A stretch of 64,000 nt of DNA, taken from sequence record NC_042128.1; one strand, 5' to 3'. Positions 1-9,347 of the stretch are shown here, piece after piece; the first letter of the stretch is position 1; every line of letters begins with the position of its first letter. Under the pieces are notes generated by a model. The model was given only the letters and a program-made list of their open reading frames with translations, made no database searches and was not told the origin of the DNA. The translations under genes and the position numbers were made by a program. The DNA comes from Escherichia phage RCS47.

Positions 1-159
<159 letters not shown>

Positions 160-182
160 TATGCTCGCAATCGTAGTGATTA

Positions 183-722
183 CTACCACCAACTGCTAGC
201 TTTCTTCTCTCTAGCTTTTCCTTCGCTTTGCAGTAAATCTTTACTTCCTGTAGAAATATTTCTATTTGCATCAGCCTCAGACTGAATTACATCTGTCTTA
301 GCTGCTCTCTCCTTCAACTCCTGCTCTATAAAATCGTTTTCTCGCTGGACACGAGCCGCTTTTGCTTGCAGTTCGAGTTTCATGCTTTCGAGTTGCAGCT
401 TGCGAAGCTCATCCTCATAAGCTTGATCTCGCTTCTTGTCATTTGCTAGCTCGGCTTCTCGTTTTGCTCTACGTTCATTTTCTGCAGCAACACGCTGTTT
501 TTCGCGTGCAGCAGCGGCAGATGCTGCTTTTTCTCTTCTAATACGTTCAGCTTGTGCTTGTTGGCGAATAAGTTCTTTTCTGGCATCCTCAGCTTGCTGC
601 TCTTTAGCTCGCCCTTCATTTTCCGCTTGAGCAATAGCAGCAATTTGACTTTGCAACGAGTTAGCCAAGGCAGTGCCTACACTAAACGTAGAAAAGATTA
701 GAAATAAAATAATTTTATTCAT
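183..722 (-). CDS. secreted coiled-coil protein (signal peptide, A/E/R/K/Q-rich)
   Basis: 179-aa ORF; hydrophobic N-terminus then charged repetitive helix-forming sequence. Confidence 0.55.
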   Translation of the reverse strand: MNKIILFLIFSTFSVGTALANSLQSQIAAIAQAENEGRAKEQQAEDARKELIRQQAQAERIRREKAASAAAAREKQRVAAENERRAKREAELANDKKRDQAYEDELRKLQLESMKLELQAKAARVQRENDFIEQELKERAAKTDVIQSEADANRNISTGSKDLLQSEGKAREKKASSWW

Positions 723-725
723 AAA

Positions 726-1247
726 TTATTTCTTTTCTGGACAAGTAGCATTTGGCTGAATTCGAGTTTCATTATCTTTAGTTGAAATAAGCACAGCAAG
801 CCCCGTTGTAAACTGGCATGCTTTACCAACTTGAGTTGAAGTGAACACCTTAGTTCCTTCTTTATAAGTCAGTGAAACACCTTCAACAATTGTTTTATCA
901 CTAACCAAAGAACCAGCCGCTGCACCAAGAGCCGCACCACCAGTACCGCCAGCTACAGCACCCAGTGTCGATGTGCCTTTAACATTATAACCGGCAACGC
1001 CCCCAGCAACAGCTCCCAGTACCGCACCAAATGTCTGTGCCGCTTCTTTATTAGCTTTATTATCAACTTTCACTTTAGCTGGAAGCACAGAGATAATATT
1101 GACTGTCTTTGTTTCCTGCTTCGAATTCAATTGAGCGGTATCATAAACATCGGCAGCATAATCAGCACCGCTAGATTGACACCCAGAAAGAAGAATTGCA
1201 GATACAACAAGAGCGCATAAAGTATACTTTTTAGACATAAGAATCAT
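726..1247 (-). CDS. glycine-zipper lipoprotein
   Basis: lipobox LSGC after signal peptide; GAVxGAVAGG glycine-zipper repeats. Confidence 0.6.
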   Translation of the reverse strand: MILMSKKYTLCALVVSAILLSGCQSSGADYAADVYDTAQLNSKQETKTVNIISVLPAKVKVDNKANKEAAQTFGAVLGAVAGGVAGYNVKGTSTLGAVAGGTGGAALGAAAGSLVSDKTIVEGVSLTYKEGTKVFTSTQVGKACQFTTGLAVLISTKDNETRIQPNATCPEKK

Positions 1248-1528
1248 CCAAGAAAAACAAAAACCGGCGAGAAGTTACCACGAGAACGGAAAGTAAACAA
1301 GAATACTCCCATTGACTTATATCAATTAATCAACTTTTTATAAGCAACCCCTAACTTATTGTGTATAGCTGAAAAGTCAGAGACAAGTTCACCATCTGCA
1401 TTATTTCTTAAGTTAATAGTTTATTGCTAACTTAATTTATGTATCGACTATTGATATCCATCTTAAAGTAACAATATCCCTCTGCATTATTTTTCATCAC
1501 AAATAATACTTCTATTGCACGACACTCA

Positions 1529-1545
1529 TCTGCTCTAATAAATTT
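1529..1545 (+). promoter_or_regulatory. C1 repressor operator-like site (15/17 to ATTGCTCTAATAAATTT)
   Basis: TCTGCTCTAATAAATTT upstream of the icd-ant module. Confidence 0.55.
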
Positions 1546-1744
1546 GTATTTTTAAGTCGTGAATGCTATCTTTTCGCATCATATTGACCTTTTAATCGTT
1601 CAGGCTTATAGTTTCGCCGTCGTAGCAAATTCTGCGACCGGGTTTAGCAGCCTGAATGATTGTGCGGACAGCCGCAGATATCCGATATTGCGGTATTTTT
1701 GTGTCCGTAAAACCGCGTTACGCCCAAATTATGGTGGGGCGTGA

Positions 1745-1855
1745 TGGGGAGGCTTCGGCCTGCTGGTTTCACAATCGCCAGTCTGCTAACCCCGTCACGT
1801 CCTGCCACCTGTTTAGCAGCGGGTAGCAGGTTGTTAAACCTGATTGTGAGGCCGT
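1745..1855 (+). ncRNA. possible c4-like antisense regulatory RNA region of immI
   Basis: structured GC-rich non-coding stretch between operator and icd, the position where P1 encodes c4; boundaries not determinable. Confidence 0.25.
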
Positions 1856-1859
1856 AACT

Positions 1860-2081
1860 ATGGTTAATGCCAATCCTTGCGCACGCCAAGAATTCATCTG
1901 GCGTTTCTATTCCTGTAAAAAACACCACTATCACTTCGTTATCGCAGCAACAGAAGACGAAGCACGCTCTCAATTGCCTGATGGCCCCTGCATTTTTACT
2001 GCCCGTTTTTCAACTAACTCGCGCAATTCACTTAGTTACTGGAGCCTCCCCTTCTCTGCCGACGTTCAGGGGGGTTTATGA
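1860..2081 (+). CDS. icd: Icd-like cell-division inhibitor
   Basis: 73 aa; conserved EFIWRFYSC..HYHFVIA..TEDEARSQLPD motif shared with the second copy at 52517; ATGA-overlaps downstream ant. Confidence 0.7.
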   Translation: MVNANPCARQEFIWRFYSCKKHHYHFVIAATEDEARSQLPDGPCIFTARFSTNSRNSLSYWSLPFSADVQGGL

Positions 2082-3112
2082 AAACACCTCTCGTCACCCG
2101 TAATGAAATAGCCGAAGCGATCGCCTTGCATACAATCTGTATGCCGACACGGGAGATCCCCGGCGCAATTGCCAACTATTTCATGATAACCAGGCGTTTT
2201 TATACCCGAACAGATAAGGCTGTGATCAACAGGCTACTGATAGCCGAGATCAGGGATTATTTGATTGAACAAGGACGTCTACGTTACGCAACAGTGGCAG
2301 CAGAAATGAGAAAGGAGGCACATAGAATGACCGGTAATAATTTAAATGTTGAAAAACCAGCACCTGTTGCTTCAGCTACGCCAGCACCAGCCCTGAATGT
2401 CATCCCCAACACCGGAGACACAATCGACAGCCAAACATTGTTGAAGATGGTCAATGAGGCACGGAAATTATGTAGCGAAAAACCAGTTCGCAACAATGAT
2501 TTCATTGCCAGAGTTAAGGATGAGCTTGAAGGAGAAACCTACGAAATTTTCGTAGGTCAAAAAAACGGCGCAGAAATAGATATTATAACCATGACCTACA
2601 AACAAGCCCTGCGAGTTGCCGCGCGCGAGTCAAAAGCGGTCCGCCGTTCGCTGATCGACAAACTGGAAGAATTACAGCAGGCAAACTCCCCTACCCCATC
2701 GATCCCCCAGACATTACCAGAAGCCCTACGCCTGGCTGCCGAGTTAGCAGAACAGAAAATGCAGTTGGAACAACAGCTGGTGGCCGCAGCCCCTAAAGTC
2801 GATTTTGCCGACCGGGTATCAGTGGCCAATGGAATCCTGATCGGGAACTTTGCAAAGGTCGTTGGACTTAAGCAAAACGCCCTTTTCTCATGGTTGCGCC
2901 AGAATGGCATTCTCATGGCTTTTGGAGCGCGCAAAAACGTACCGCGCCAACAGTACATCAACGCCGGGTATTTCACGTTGAAAGAAGTGGTGCTGGATGA
3001 TGAAAATGGCTACCAGATACGGCTGACGCCCCAATTAACGGGTAAAGGCCAGCAGTGGTTAACTCGCAAGCTACTTGATGCTGGTTTGTTAAAACCAGTA
3101 GCAATAGGTTAA
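2078..3112 (+). CDS. ant: antirepressor Ant (KilAC C-terminal domain)
   Basis: C-terminal PQTLPEALRLAAELAEQK...GKGQQWLTRKLLDAGLL domain shared with KilA and Ant copy 2. Confidence 0.75.
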   Translation: MKTPLVTRNEIAEAIALHTICMPTREIPGAIANYFMITRRFYTRTDKAVINRLLIAEIRDYLIEQGRLRYATVAAEMRKEAHRMTGNNLNVEKPAPVASATPAPALNVIPNTGDTIDSQTLLKMVNEARKLCSEKPVRNNDFIARVKDELEGETYEIFVGQKNGAEIDIITMTYKQALRVAARESKAVRRSLIDKLEELQQANSPTPSIPQTLPEALRLAAELAEQKMQLEQQLVAAAPKVDFADRVSVANGILIGNFAKVVGLKQNALFSWLRQNGILMAFGARKNVPRQQYINAGYFTLKEVVLDDENGYQIRLTPQLTGKGQQWLTRKLLDAGLLKPVAIG

Positions 3113-3124
3113 CAAAAGAAAAAA

Positions 3125-3149
3125 CCTGCCAGCAAACTGGCAGGTTTCT
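3125..3149 (+). terminator. Rho-independent terminator
   Basis: hairpin CCTGCCAG-CAAA-CTGGCAGG followed by TTTCT. Confidence 0.55.
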
Positions 3150-3189
3150 GAGCAGATCGACCAACCCGATCTGGATCGAGTCAGAAAAA

Positions 3190-3206
3190 TTTGCTCTAAT
3201 AAATTT
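3190..3206 (+). promoter_or_regulatory. C1 operator-like site (16/17) upstream of kilA-repL
   Basis: TTTGCTCTAATAAATTT. Confidence 0.65.
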
Positions 3207-3275
3207 CGTTTTCTAAGTGCAAAGAATCACCATTTCGAGCTGGTGATTGAAGGTTGATGCAAATTTGGAGAAAAA

Positions 3276-4076
3276 ATGCAACAAACATTCAATGCGGATA
3301 TGAATATATCAAACCTTCATCAAAATGTCGATCCTTCAACCACTCTGCCCGTTATTTGTGGTGTTGAAATTACGACCGACCGCGCTGGCCGTTACAACCT
3401 TAATGCTCTACACAGAGCGAGCGGACTCGGTGCCCATAAAGCGCCAGCTCAATGGCTAAGAACGCTGTCAGCTAAACAGCTCATCGAAGAGCTTGAAAAA
3501 GAAACTATGCAGAATTGCATAGTTTCGTTCGAAGGCCGTGGCGGCGGCACTTTTGCCCATGAATTGCTCGCAGTGGAGTACGCTGGTTGGATTTCTCCCG
3601 CGTTTCGGCTGAAGGTAAACCAGACATTTATCGACTATCGAGCCGGAAGATTACAACCTGCTATTCCGCAGAGTCTCCCTGAAGCTCTCCGTTTGGCTGC
3701 CGACCTGGCAGAGCAAAAGCAACGGCTGGAACAAAAAATGCTTATGGATGCACCTAAAGTCGAATTCGCCGAACGCGTTGCTACCGCCAGCGGGGTTCTA
3801 ATCGGCAACTATGCCAAAGTGCTCGGTCTGGGCCAAAACTATCTCTTCACCTGGTTGCGTGATAACGGAATTCTGATCGCAACCGGTGAACGCAGGAACG
3901 TCCCCAAACAAGAATACATATCCCGTGGGTATTTCACCCTTAAAGAAACCGTGATCGATACAAGCAATGGAAGCAGGATTTCTTTCACGACTCGTATAAC
4001 CGGCAAAGGTCAGCAGTGGCTGATGAAGCGATTGCTTGATACTGGTGTGCTGGTACCTGTCGCGGCAACGCGCTAA
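3276..4076 (+). CDS. kilA: KilA (KilA-N domain plus KilAC domain)
   Basis: 266 aa; N-terminal KilA-N/APSES-like region and KilAC C-terminus; followed by repL as in the P1 lytic replicon. Confidence 0.7.
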   Translation: MQQTFNADMNISNLHQNVDPSTTLPVICGVEITTDRAGRYNLNALHRASGLGAHKAPAQWLRTLSAKQLIEELEKETMQNCIVSFEGRGGGTFAHELLAVEYAGWISPAFRLKVNQTFIDYRAGRLQPAIPQSLPEALRLAADLAEQKQRLEQKMLMDAPKVEFAERVATASGVLIGNYAKVLGLGQNYLFTWLRDNGILIATGERRNVPKQEYISRGYFTLKETVIDTSNGSRISFTTRITGKGQQWLMKRLLDTGVLVPVAATR

Positions 4077-4105
4077 CAGACGTAGTAAGAACCACCAGCA
4101 TTGTA

Positions 4106-4951
4106 ATGCTGGCTAAAGTCACTTTCCTGAGCTGTATAACGATGAGCGATTTTACTTTTTCTGGCTATGAATTGGCCTGCTTTGTAACACACTCCGGTCT
4201 ATCCCGTAGCGCCGGGCATATCCTGTCGCAATGTGCAAATCTCGCGGCAACAACCAGTGAATACTTCATTCACAAGCCTCACCGCCTGATCGCGGCAGAA
4301 ACTGGTTATAGCCAATCAACCGTCGTTCGTGCATTCCGTGAAGCTGTAAACAAAGGAATCCTGTCTGTAGAGATTGTTATCGGCGATCACCGTGAACGTC
4401 GCGCTAACCTGTACCGGTTTACACCATCCTTTTTGGCCTTCGCACAACAAGCCAAAAATGCGCTGATTGAAAGCAAATTAAAGATCTCTTCAGCGGCAAC
4501 CAAGGTTAAAGCTGTTCTCGCTAAGACATTGGCTTTATTTAATTTTTTATCCACATCCCCATGTCAAAATGATACCCCCTCCCCCTGTCAGGATGACGTG
4601 GCAATAAAGAATAAGAAGTCACAAGTTAAAAAAACAAAAAGATCAGTTTCCGACGGTGCCGGAACGTCCAGACTCAAAAAATTGACTTCGTGGATCGCTG
4701 AGGCAAAAGCAAAAGCTGACAATCTGCGGTTATCCAAAAAACGCGCTCAAAAACATGAGTTCAAGCAGAAAGTAGAGGCGGCAGCGCGGAAATATGCTTA
4801 CCTGAAGAACAAGCGTTCTCCTGATATTGGCGGGATATCAAACTTCGATAATCTGCCGCATTGCATGACGGTAAACGAAGCTCTTAATGCGGTTTTAGCC
4901 AAAAATAAAGATAACGAACAATGGGGTATACCGGCAGGATTCAGAGGGTGA
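4106..4951 (+). CDS. repL: lytic replication protein RepL
   Basis: 281 aa ORF directly downstream of kilA; size and position match P1 RepL. Confidence 0.6.
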   Translation: MLAKVTFLSCITMSDFTFSGYELACFVTHSGLSRSAGHILSQCANLAATTSEYFIHKPHRLIAAETGYSQSTVVRAFREAVNKGILSVEIVIGDHRERRANLYRFTPSFLAFAQQAKNALIESKLKISSAATKVKAVLAKTLALFNFLSTSPCQNDTPSPCQDDVAIKNKKSQVKKTKRSVSDGAGTSRLKKLTSWIAEAKAKADNLRLSKKRAQKHEFKQKVEAAARKYAYLKNKRSPDIGGISNFDNLPHCMTVNEALNAVLAKNKDNEQWGIPAGFRG

Positions 4952-4965
4952 TAGATTGCTCTAAT

Positions 4966-6330
4966 CTGGAGTCACCTGGCGTTTTCAGCGAAAAACCGCC
5001 GAGAACCCTCGCCCAATGCGGGCGGGGAGGAAAGGCGGAAAAGCCCGAAGGGCTTTAAAAATATTATTACGGTGTTAGCATAAAAACCTGTACCAATGAG
5101 CGGTGACTATGTTAAGAGCAACAAAAGTACGCATCTACCCGACACCAGAACAGGCTGAATTTATCAACGCCCAGTTCGGTGCAGTGCGTTTTGTGTACAA
5201 CAAAGCTCTGCATATCAAGAAACATTCTTACCAGCGGCACCGCGTAAATTTAAACCCGCGTAAAGACCTCAAACCACTGCTTGCAGTGGCGAAGAAATCC
5301 CGCCGGTATGGATGGCTTAAAGAATATGATTCTATTGCGTTGCAGCAGGCGGTAATTAACCTCGACGTGGCTTTTTCTAACTTTTTCAATCCGAAACTGA
5401 AAGCAGGTAAACCTACCTTTAAAAGTAAACACGGCAGACAATCTAGCTATCATTGTGTTGGCATAAAAGTCCTTGATGGTGCGATAAAAATACCGAAAAT
5501 CTTGCCGATTGAAGCGCGTTTACATCGTGAAATTACGGGAATGCTGAAAAGTATCACGTTGAGCCGCAGCGCAACCGGGAAATACTACGCGTCGTTACTC
5601 TGTGACGACGGGATGGAAGCGCCGGCAAAGCCCGCACTGATATCAAATGTGACAGGGCTGGATATGGGGCTGGCGCATTTTGTCATCAAATCGGACGGCA
5701 ATAAAATTGCCAGTCCCCGCCACCTAATCAATGCAAGTCGCAACCTGCGCCGGAAGCAGAAAGCACTGTCCCGTAAGAAAAAAGGGAGCGCAAACAGGCG
5801 CAAAGCCAGAATACAACTTGCAGCCGTTCACGAACGGGTAGCCAGTGCCCGTGCCGATTTCCAGCACAAGTTATCTCGCGCAATTGTTGACGAAAACCAA
5901 GCGGTAATTGTCGAAACATTGAAAACGGCAAATATGATGAAAAATCACCATCTGGCTCGTGCGATAGGCGATGCTGGATGGTCTGGATTCATCACAAAAC
6001 TGGAATACAAAGCAACAGAGAAAGGTGTGCATCTGGTGAAACTGGATCAATGGTTCGCCAGTTCGAAAACCTGCCACTGCTGCGGTCACAAAATGTCGGA
6101 GATGCCATTACATAAGCGCATCTGGCAGTGTCCAGAGTGTGGAGTTGAACATGACCGCGATATCAATGCGGCGCTCAACATCAAACGCAAGGGCATACTG
6201 GAATTACAAGCGGCGGGACTCGTCGTTTCTGCCCATGGAGGCCAGCGTAAATCCGTCACACAGACGGTTGCGGCTTAAGAAGTGGGAAGCCTCGCCCGAC
6301 AGGGCGGGGAGCAGTCACTATGGATTTTCT
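4966..6330 (+). mobile_element. solo TnpB element (IS200/IS605 family, no tnpA), approximate ends
   Basis: tnpB ORF flanked by related subterminal hairpins CCTCGCCC-N4-GGGCGGGGA at 5011-5032 and 6291-6311. Confidence 0.5.
5103..6278 (+). CDS. tnpB: TnpB (OrfB_IS605; RuvC-like nuclease with C-terminal zinc finger)
   Basis: 391 aa; zinc finger CHCCGH...CPECG near C-terminus; typical TnpB N-terminus MLRATKVRIYPT. Confidence 0.85.
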   Translation: MTMLRATKVRIYPTPEQAEFINAQFGAVRFVYNKALHIKKHSYQRHRVNLNPRKDLKPLLAVAKKSRRYGWLKEYDSIALQQAVINLDVAFSNFFNPKLKAGKPTFKSKHGRQSSYHCVGIKVLDGAIKIPKILPIEARLHREITGMLKSITLSRSATGKYYASLLCDDGMEAPAKPALISNVTGLDMGLAHFVIKSDGNKIASPRHLINASRNLRRKQKALSRKKKGSANRRKARIQLAAVHERVASARADFQHKLSRAIVDENQAVIVETLKTANMMKNHHLARAIGDAGWSGFITKLEYKATEKGVHLVKLDQWFASSKTCHCCGHKMSEMPLHKRIWQCPECGVEHDRDINAALNIKRKGILELQAAGLVVSAHGGQRKSVTQTVAA

Positions 6331-6616
6331 TTGGCGCGGTCTGGCCATTAGGGGTCATGTTTGCTGCAACGTTTCTTCTGATGTGGATATTCACCCTTCC
6401 AGGTGATTTCTATAGAAAAAAAGCCAGACATTGATACACCCGCTGCGGTGTGCTTGAGGCTATCTGCTTCAGGCATTCCCCGAAAAGCAGATAGAAGAAA
6501 GCCCCAGTAAACATTATGCGTCCCGCACAACGCTTAACATTAACCGGGGCCATACCTATGCTTAGCGTGCTTAGATTAATCCTCTCCTCTGTCAAGGAGC
6601 AAGGAATTTTTTACTG

Positions 6617-7249
6617 CTATGCCGCCTTTCCAGTTATGGATTCAGCGACCAGAACAACCCCATGCTTACTTCGATCTGGGTGTTCACTCCATATCTCGGA
6701 TTCAGGAATACTTACCCCGTCATAGCAAACACGTTCGCCGTCAAACGGGTAATACTGAGCGGCATCGGTGTCGAGGATAAACACTTTTAGCTCGGAAGAG
6801 CGACGGGCGATATGTTGCCAAAGAGCTTTTCCACCTTCGTATTGCTCATTATCACTGAGCAAAACAACACCAGCTTTTGAGGCTACGGTTTCGTAAACAA
6901 AAGTAGCTAAACCGACATCCCGGACAGTTCCATCAACCACGATACCTTCAATCTGGGCAACATCGCTATCCTCCCAGAACTTCCTTACCAGTACGCCTTC
7001 AAGCTGCGGGCGACGTTGAAGTTCAAGAGTAGCGACAACCTTATGCCGCATATCACCATCGATAACAGAAGGCGCAGCCTCTATTACAGCTGCAAATGGG
7101 GTTTTGGAATCCCATATAACCTGGTAAAGCACACCCTGGATGGTAACTCCGTCCAGGATCGAAAATCGACGAGCGACAGTACCCGGGGAGTACGACATTG
7201 GAATCACAGCCATTTTAGAGTCCCCCTTTAACAGTACAGGCACAAACAT
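6617..7249 (-). CDS. hypothetical late protein (alternative start at 7213)
   Basis: 210-aa ORF at the start of the minus-strand late block. Confidence 0.4.
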   Translation of the reverse strand: MFVPVLLKGDSKMAVIPMSYSPGTVARRFSILDGVTIQGVLYQVIWDSKTPFAAVIEAAPSVIDGDMRHKVVATLELQRRPQLEGVLVRKFWEDSDVAQIEGIVVDGTVRDVGLATFVYETVASKAGVVLLSDNEQYEGGKALWQHIARRSSELKVFILDTDAAQYYPFDGERVCYDGVSIPESEIWSEHPDRSKHGVVLVAESITGKAA

Positions 7250-7341
7250 CTACCTCAATAATTGTAGTTTATTAGAACATTAATAATCTAACATAAAACT
7301 CCAGACAATGTTATCGATGCATTTTTATATAAAATAGTTAT

Positions 7342-7363
7342 AAAAAAAGCTCCCGAAGGAGCT
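7342..7363 (-). terminator. Rho-independent terminator (minus strand)
   Basis: hairpin AGCTCC-TTCG-GGAGCT followed by T-run on minus strand. Confidence 0.5.
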
Positions 7364-7384
7364 TTAAAATACAAGGGATGACTC

Positions 7385-7894
7385 TTAATCCCACTCAATC
7401 CAGTTGTAGACGATACGAAGTGACGGGCGCACAGCGGCAGTCACATCTTCGGTACTAAAGTCGATTGCATCACTGTAGATTTTGCAGTCCAACATTTCAA
7501 TTGTTGTAGCAGCTTTTGTCACAGCGTTAACCCCGGAAGATTTGGATTCAGGGGTAGCAGCCATCGTGATATCAACATAGTCCTTCGCCGCAATGCGATC
7601 CTTAATGAACTGAAGAATATCGCCTTCGATAGTCTCCACGCACTGGACCTGGATTTCCCCAGAGTTTCGAATTGGTCCGTGCTGGTTGAACTTCACACCA
7701 TTCGGACCATAGTCCTCCACATCCTCGCGAGTCATTTCAGGGATTTGCGACGTACGAACAAGTACACTGATATCTTCATAGCCTGCAAAAGTGAGCTGGA
7801 ATTCAGAAGATACCAGTCGTTCGCCTTTGGCCGCGTTGGCAGTATAGCGGCCCTTAATAAATTTACGGTTTCCCTTAGTGTTATTGTGCCCCAT
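7385..7894 (-). CDS. virion morphogenesis protein (P1 late block)
   Basis: 169-aa ORF in co-directional late gene block; identity by context only. Confidence 0.4.
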   Translation of the reverse strand: MGHNNTKGNRKFIKGRYTANAAKGERLVSSEFQLTFAGYEDISVLVRTSQIPEMTREDVEDYGPNGVKFNQHGPIRNSGEIQVQCVETIEGDILQFIKDRIAAKDYVDITMAATPESKSSGVNAVTKAATTIEMLDCKIYSDAIDFSTEDVTAAVRPSLRIVYNWIEWD

Positions 7895-7905
7895 ATAAAA
7901 TCCTT

Positions 7906-8487
7906 TTACTGGAACGCCCGAACAATATCGGAGCTGTTATATATCGAAGAACCGGTCAACTGGAGGTTGACGGTGTTTTTCAGGAAATATCCATTACTGT
8001 CCCTTGGCGCATCGAGATCAAAACTTAAGTCCTGGATAGCGACATCGGTGATGTTGATCCGGCGACCAATGTTTAGCGTCACACGTTCCGGGATTCGACC
8101 ACCAACATTGGCCGCTTTTAGTTCCGGGCTAATCATGGCTGTCAACGCGGCGATAGCGCCTGAAACTTCAATGAATGGATTGTTCAAAGCAATGAAAGTT
8201 ACGGGCAGCGTGAACGTCGGCGGTGTCCCCCCTTCCCAAACCATTAAGCTGTTCCAACGGGCAACCGACGTTGTTTCAGTACCTACTTGCACAAACCCCC
8301 CCAGAGCGCCAGAAACAGACCCCATGGACATACCAGTAAACGGTGCTTCCCAATTCTGGGCCATGTTCATTGCCGCCCCCTGGCTGATATATCCGGTAAC
8401 CTGGTACTGAGAGTTCGTTAAAGTAACTTTCAGAAATGGCGATACACCATCAGCCTGGCTGTAAACCCCATAAGGTATAGGTGCCAT
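7906..8487 (-). CDS. virion morphogenesis protein (P1 late block)
   Basis: 193-aa ORF, context only. Confidence 0.4.
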   Translation of the reverse strand: MAPIPYGVYSQADGVSPFLKVTLTNSQYQVTGYISQGAAMNMAQNWEAPFTGMSMGSVSGALGGFVQVGTETTSVARWNSLMVWEGGTPPTFTLPVTFIALNNPFIEVSGAIAALTAMISPELKAANVGGRIPERVTLNIGRRINITDVAIQDLSFDLDAPRDSNGYFLKNTVNLQLTGSSIYNSSDIVRAFQ

Positions 8488-8522
8488 TCAAGTTAAAGGC
8501 CGGAGTTCTCCGGCCTCCTCCT

Positions 8523-9338
8523 TTAGCCAAGGCGCTTACGGCGCAGTTTCATTGACTTTTTGCGGGCAAGTTTTGCCGCACCGGTCTGGGCTTTTCGACG
8601 CGCTTTTTTCAGCGCCGATTTTTGAGCCGCAGTCAGACGTTTTTTACGCAGGCGTTTACGGATGAGTTTGATCTCACCGTTACGAACAACCTTCTTAAAT
8701 GCTTCAGTCAGCATTTCATCAGAAGTGCCAGCAACAACAAACGCCGCTTCCAGTTCGTCACGATCGTCGCTATCTAAACCAGCGATAGAGGCACCAACAT
8801 CAGCAGCTGCGTCGTCGTCTTCATCGTCAGCCAGTGCTTCGATCAGGTCATCATCTACACCGCATGCTGCGAGGAAGTCAGCAACATTTGCCCATGCTTC
8901 GTTATAGGCATCGTCCTGTTCTTCTGTAACTTCGGAGTCGTCGTCATCAGAGATACCAGCGATAGCCTGAACGAAACCATCAAGGGAGTCGAAAGTCAGA
9001 TCACCGCTATCAGCCCAGGCGAAAACGGCGTCGGCCGCATCACTCAACGCATTCTGCATAGCACTTCGATTTGCAGCTTCCAGAATCATCTGGTGCGCCT
9101 GTTCAACGGTCCATTCTTTACCTTCTTTCCCTTCCAGGATTTGCCCAGGAGCCTGGTCAGGTTGAACGTTCTCGTTAATCTGTGCCGCCGGTTCCGGATT
9201 ATTATTAATAACCGGATCTGTTGGCGGTTCGGCGCTTGCCCGGGCAGACTCCATCAGCTGCACAGGATCAGAATTCAAAGCGAAACGGGACAGTCCATTC
9301 CCCAAAAATGCCCCGGATTGAAAAAAGTTTTTGCTCAT
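8523..9338 (-). CDS. acidic virion/scaffold-like protein with basic C-terminal tail
   Basis: 271 aa; D/E-rich core, K/R-rich C-terminus. Confidence 0.45.
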   Translation of the reverse strand: MSKNFFQSGAFLGNGLSRFALNSDPVQLMESARASAEPPTDPVINNNPEPAAQINENVQPDQAPGQILEGKEGKEWTVEQAHQMILEAANRSAMQNALSDAADAVFAWADSGDLTFDSLDGFVQAIAGISDDDDSEVTEEQDDAYNEAWANVADFLAACGVDDDLIEALADDEDDDAAADVGASIAGLDSDDRDELEAAFVVAGTSDEMLTEAFKKVVRNGEIKLIRKRLRKKRLTAAQKSALKKARRKAQTGAAKLARKKSMKLRRKRLG

Positions 9339-9347
9339 TGTATTCCC

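Noticed and set aside
1867-2103. 78-aa ORF overlapping icd in another frame
   Set aside because: The alternative frame 1860-2081 gives the Icd-like protein conserved with the second copy at 52517; this one is a frame shadow.
8662-8907. Plus-strand 81-aa ORF antisense to the acidic protein gene
   Set aside because: Ser/Ala-rich low-complexity translation from the reverse strand of a D/E-rich gene; typical antisense shadow ORF.
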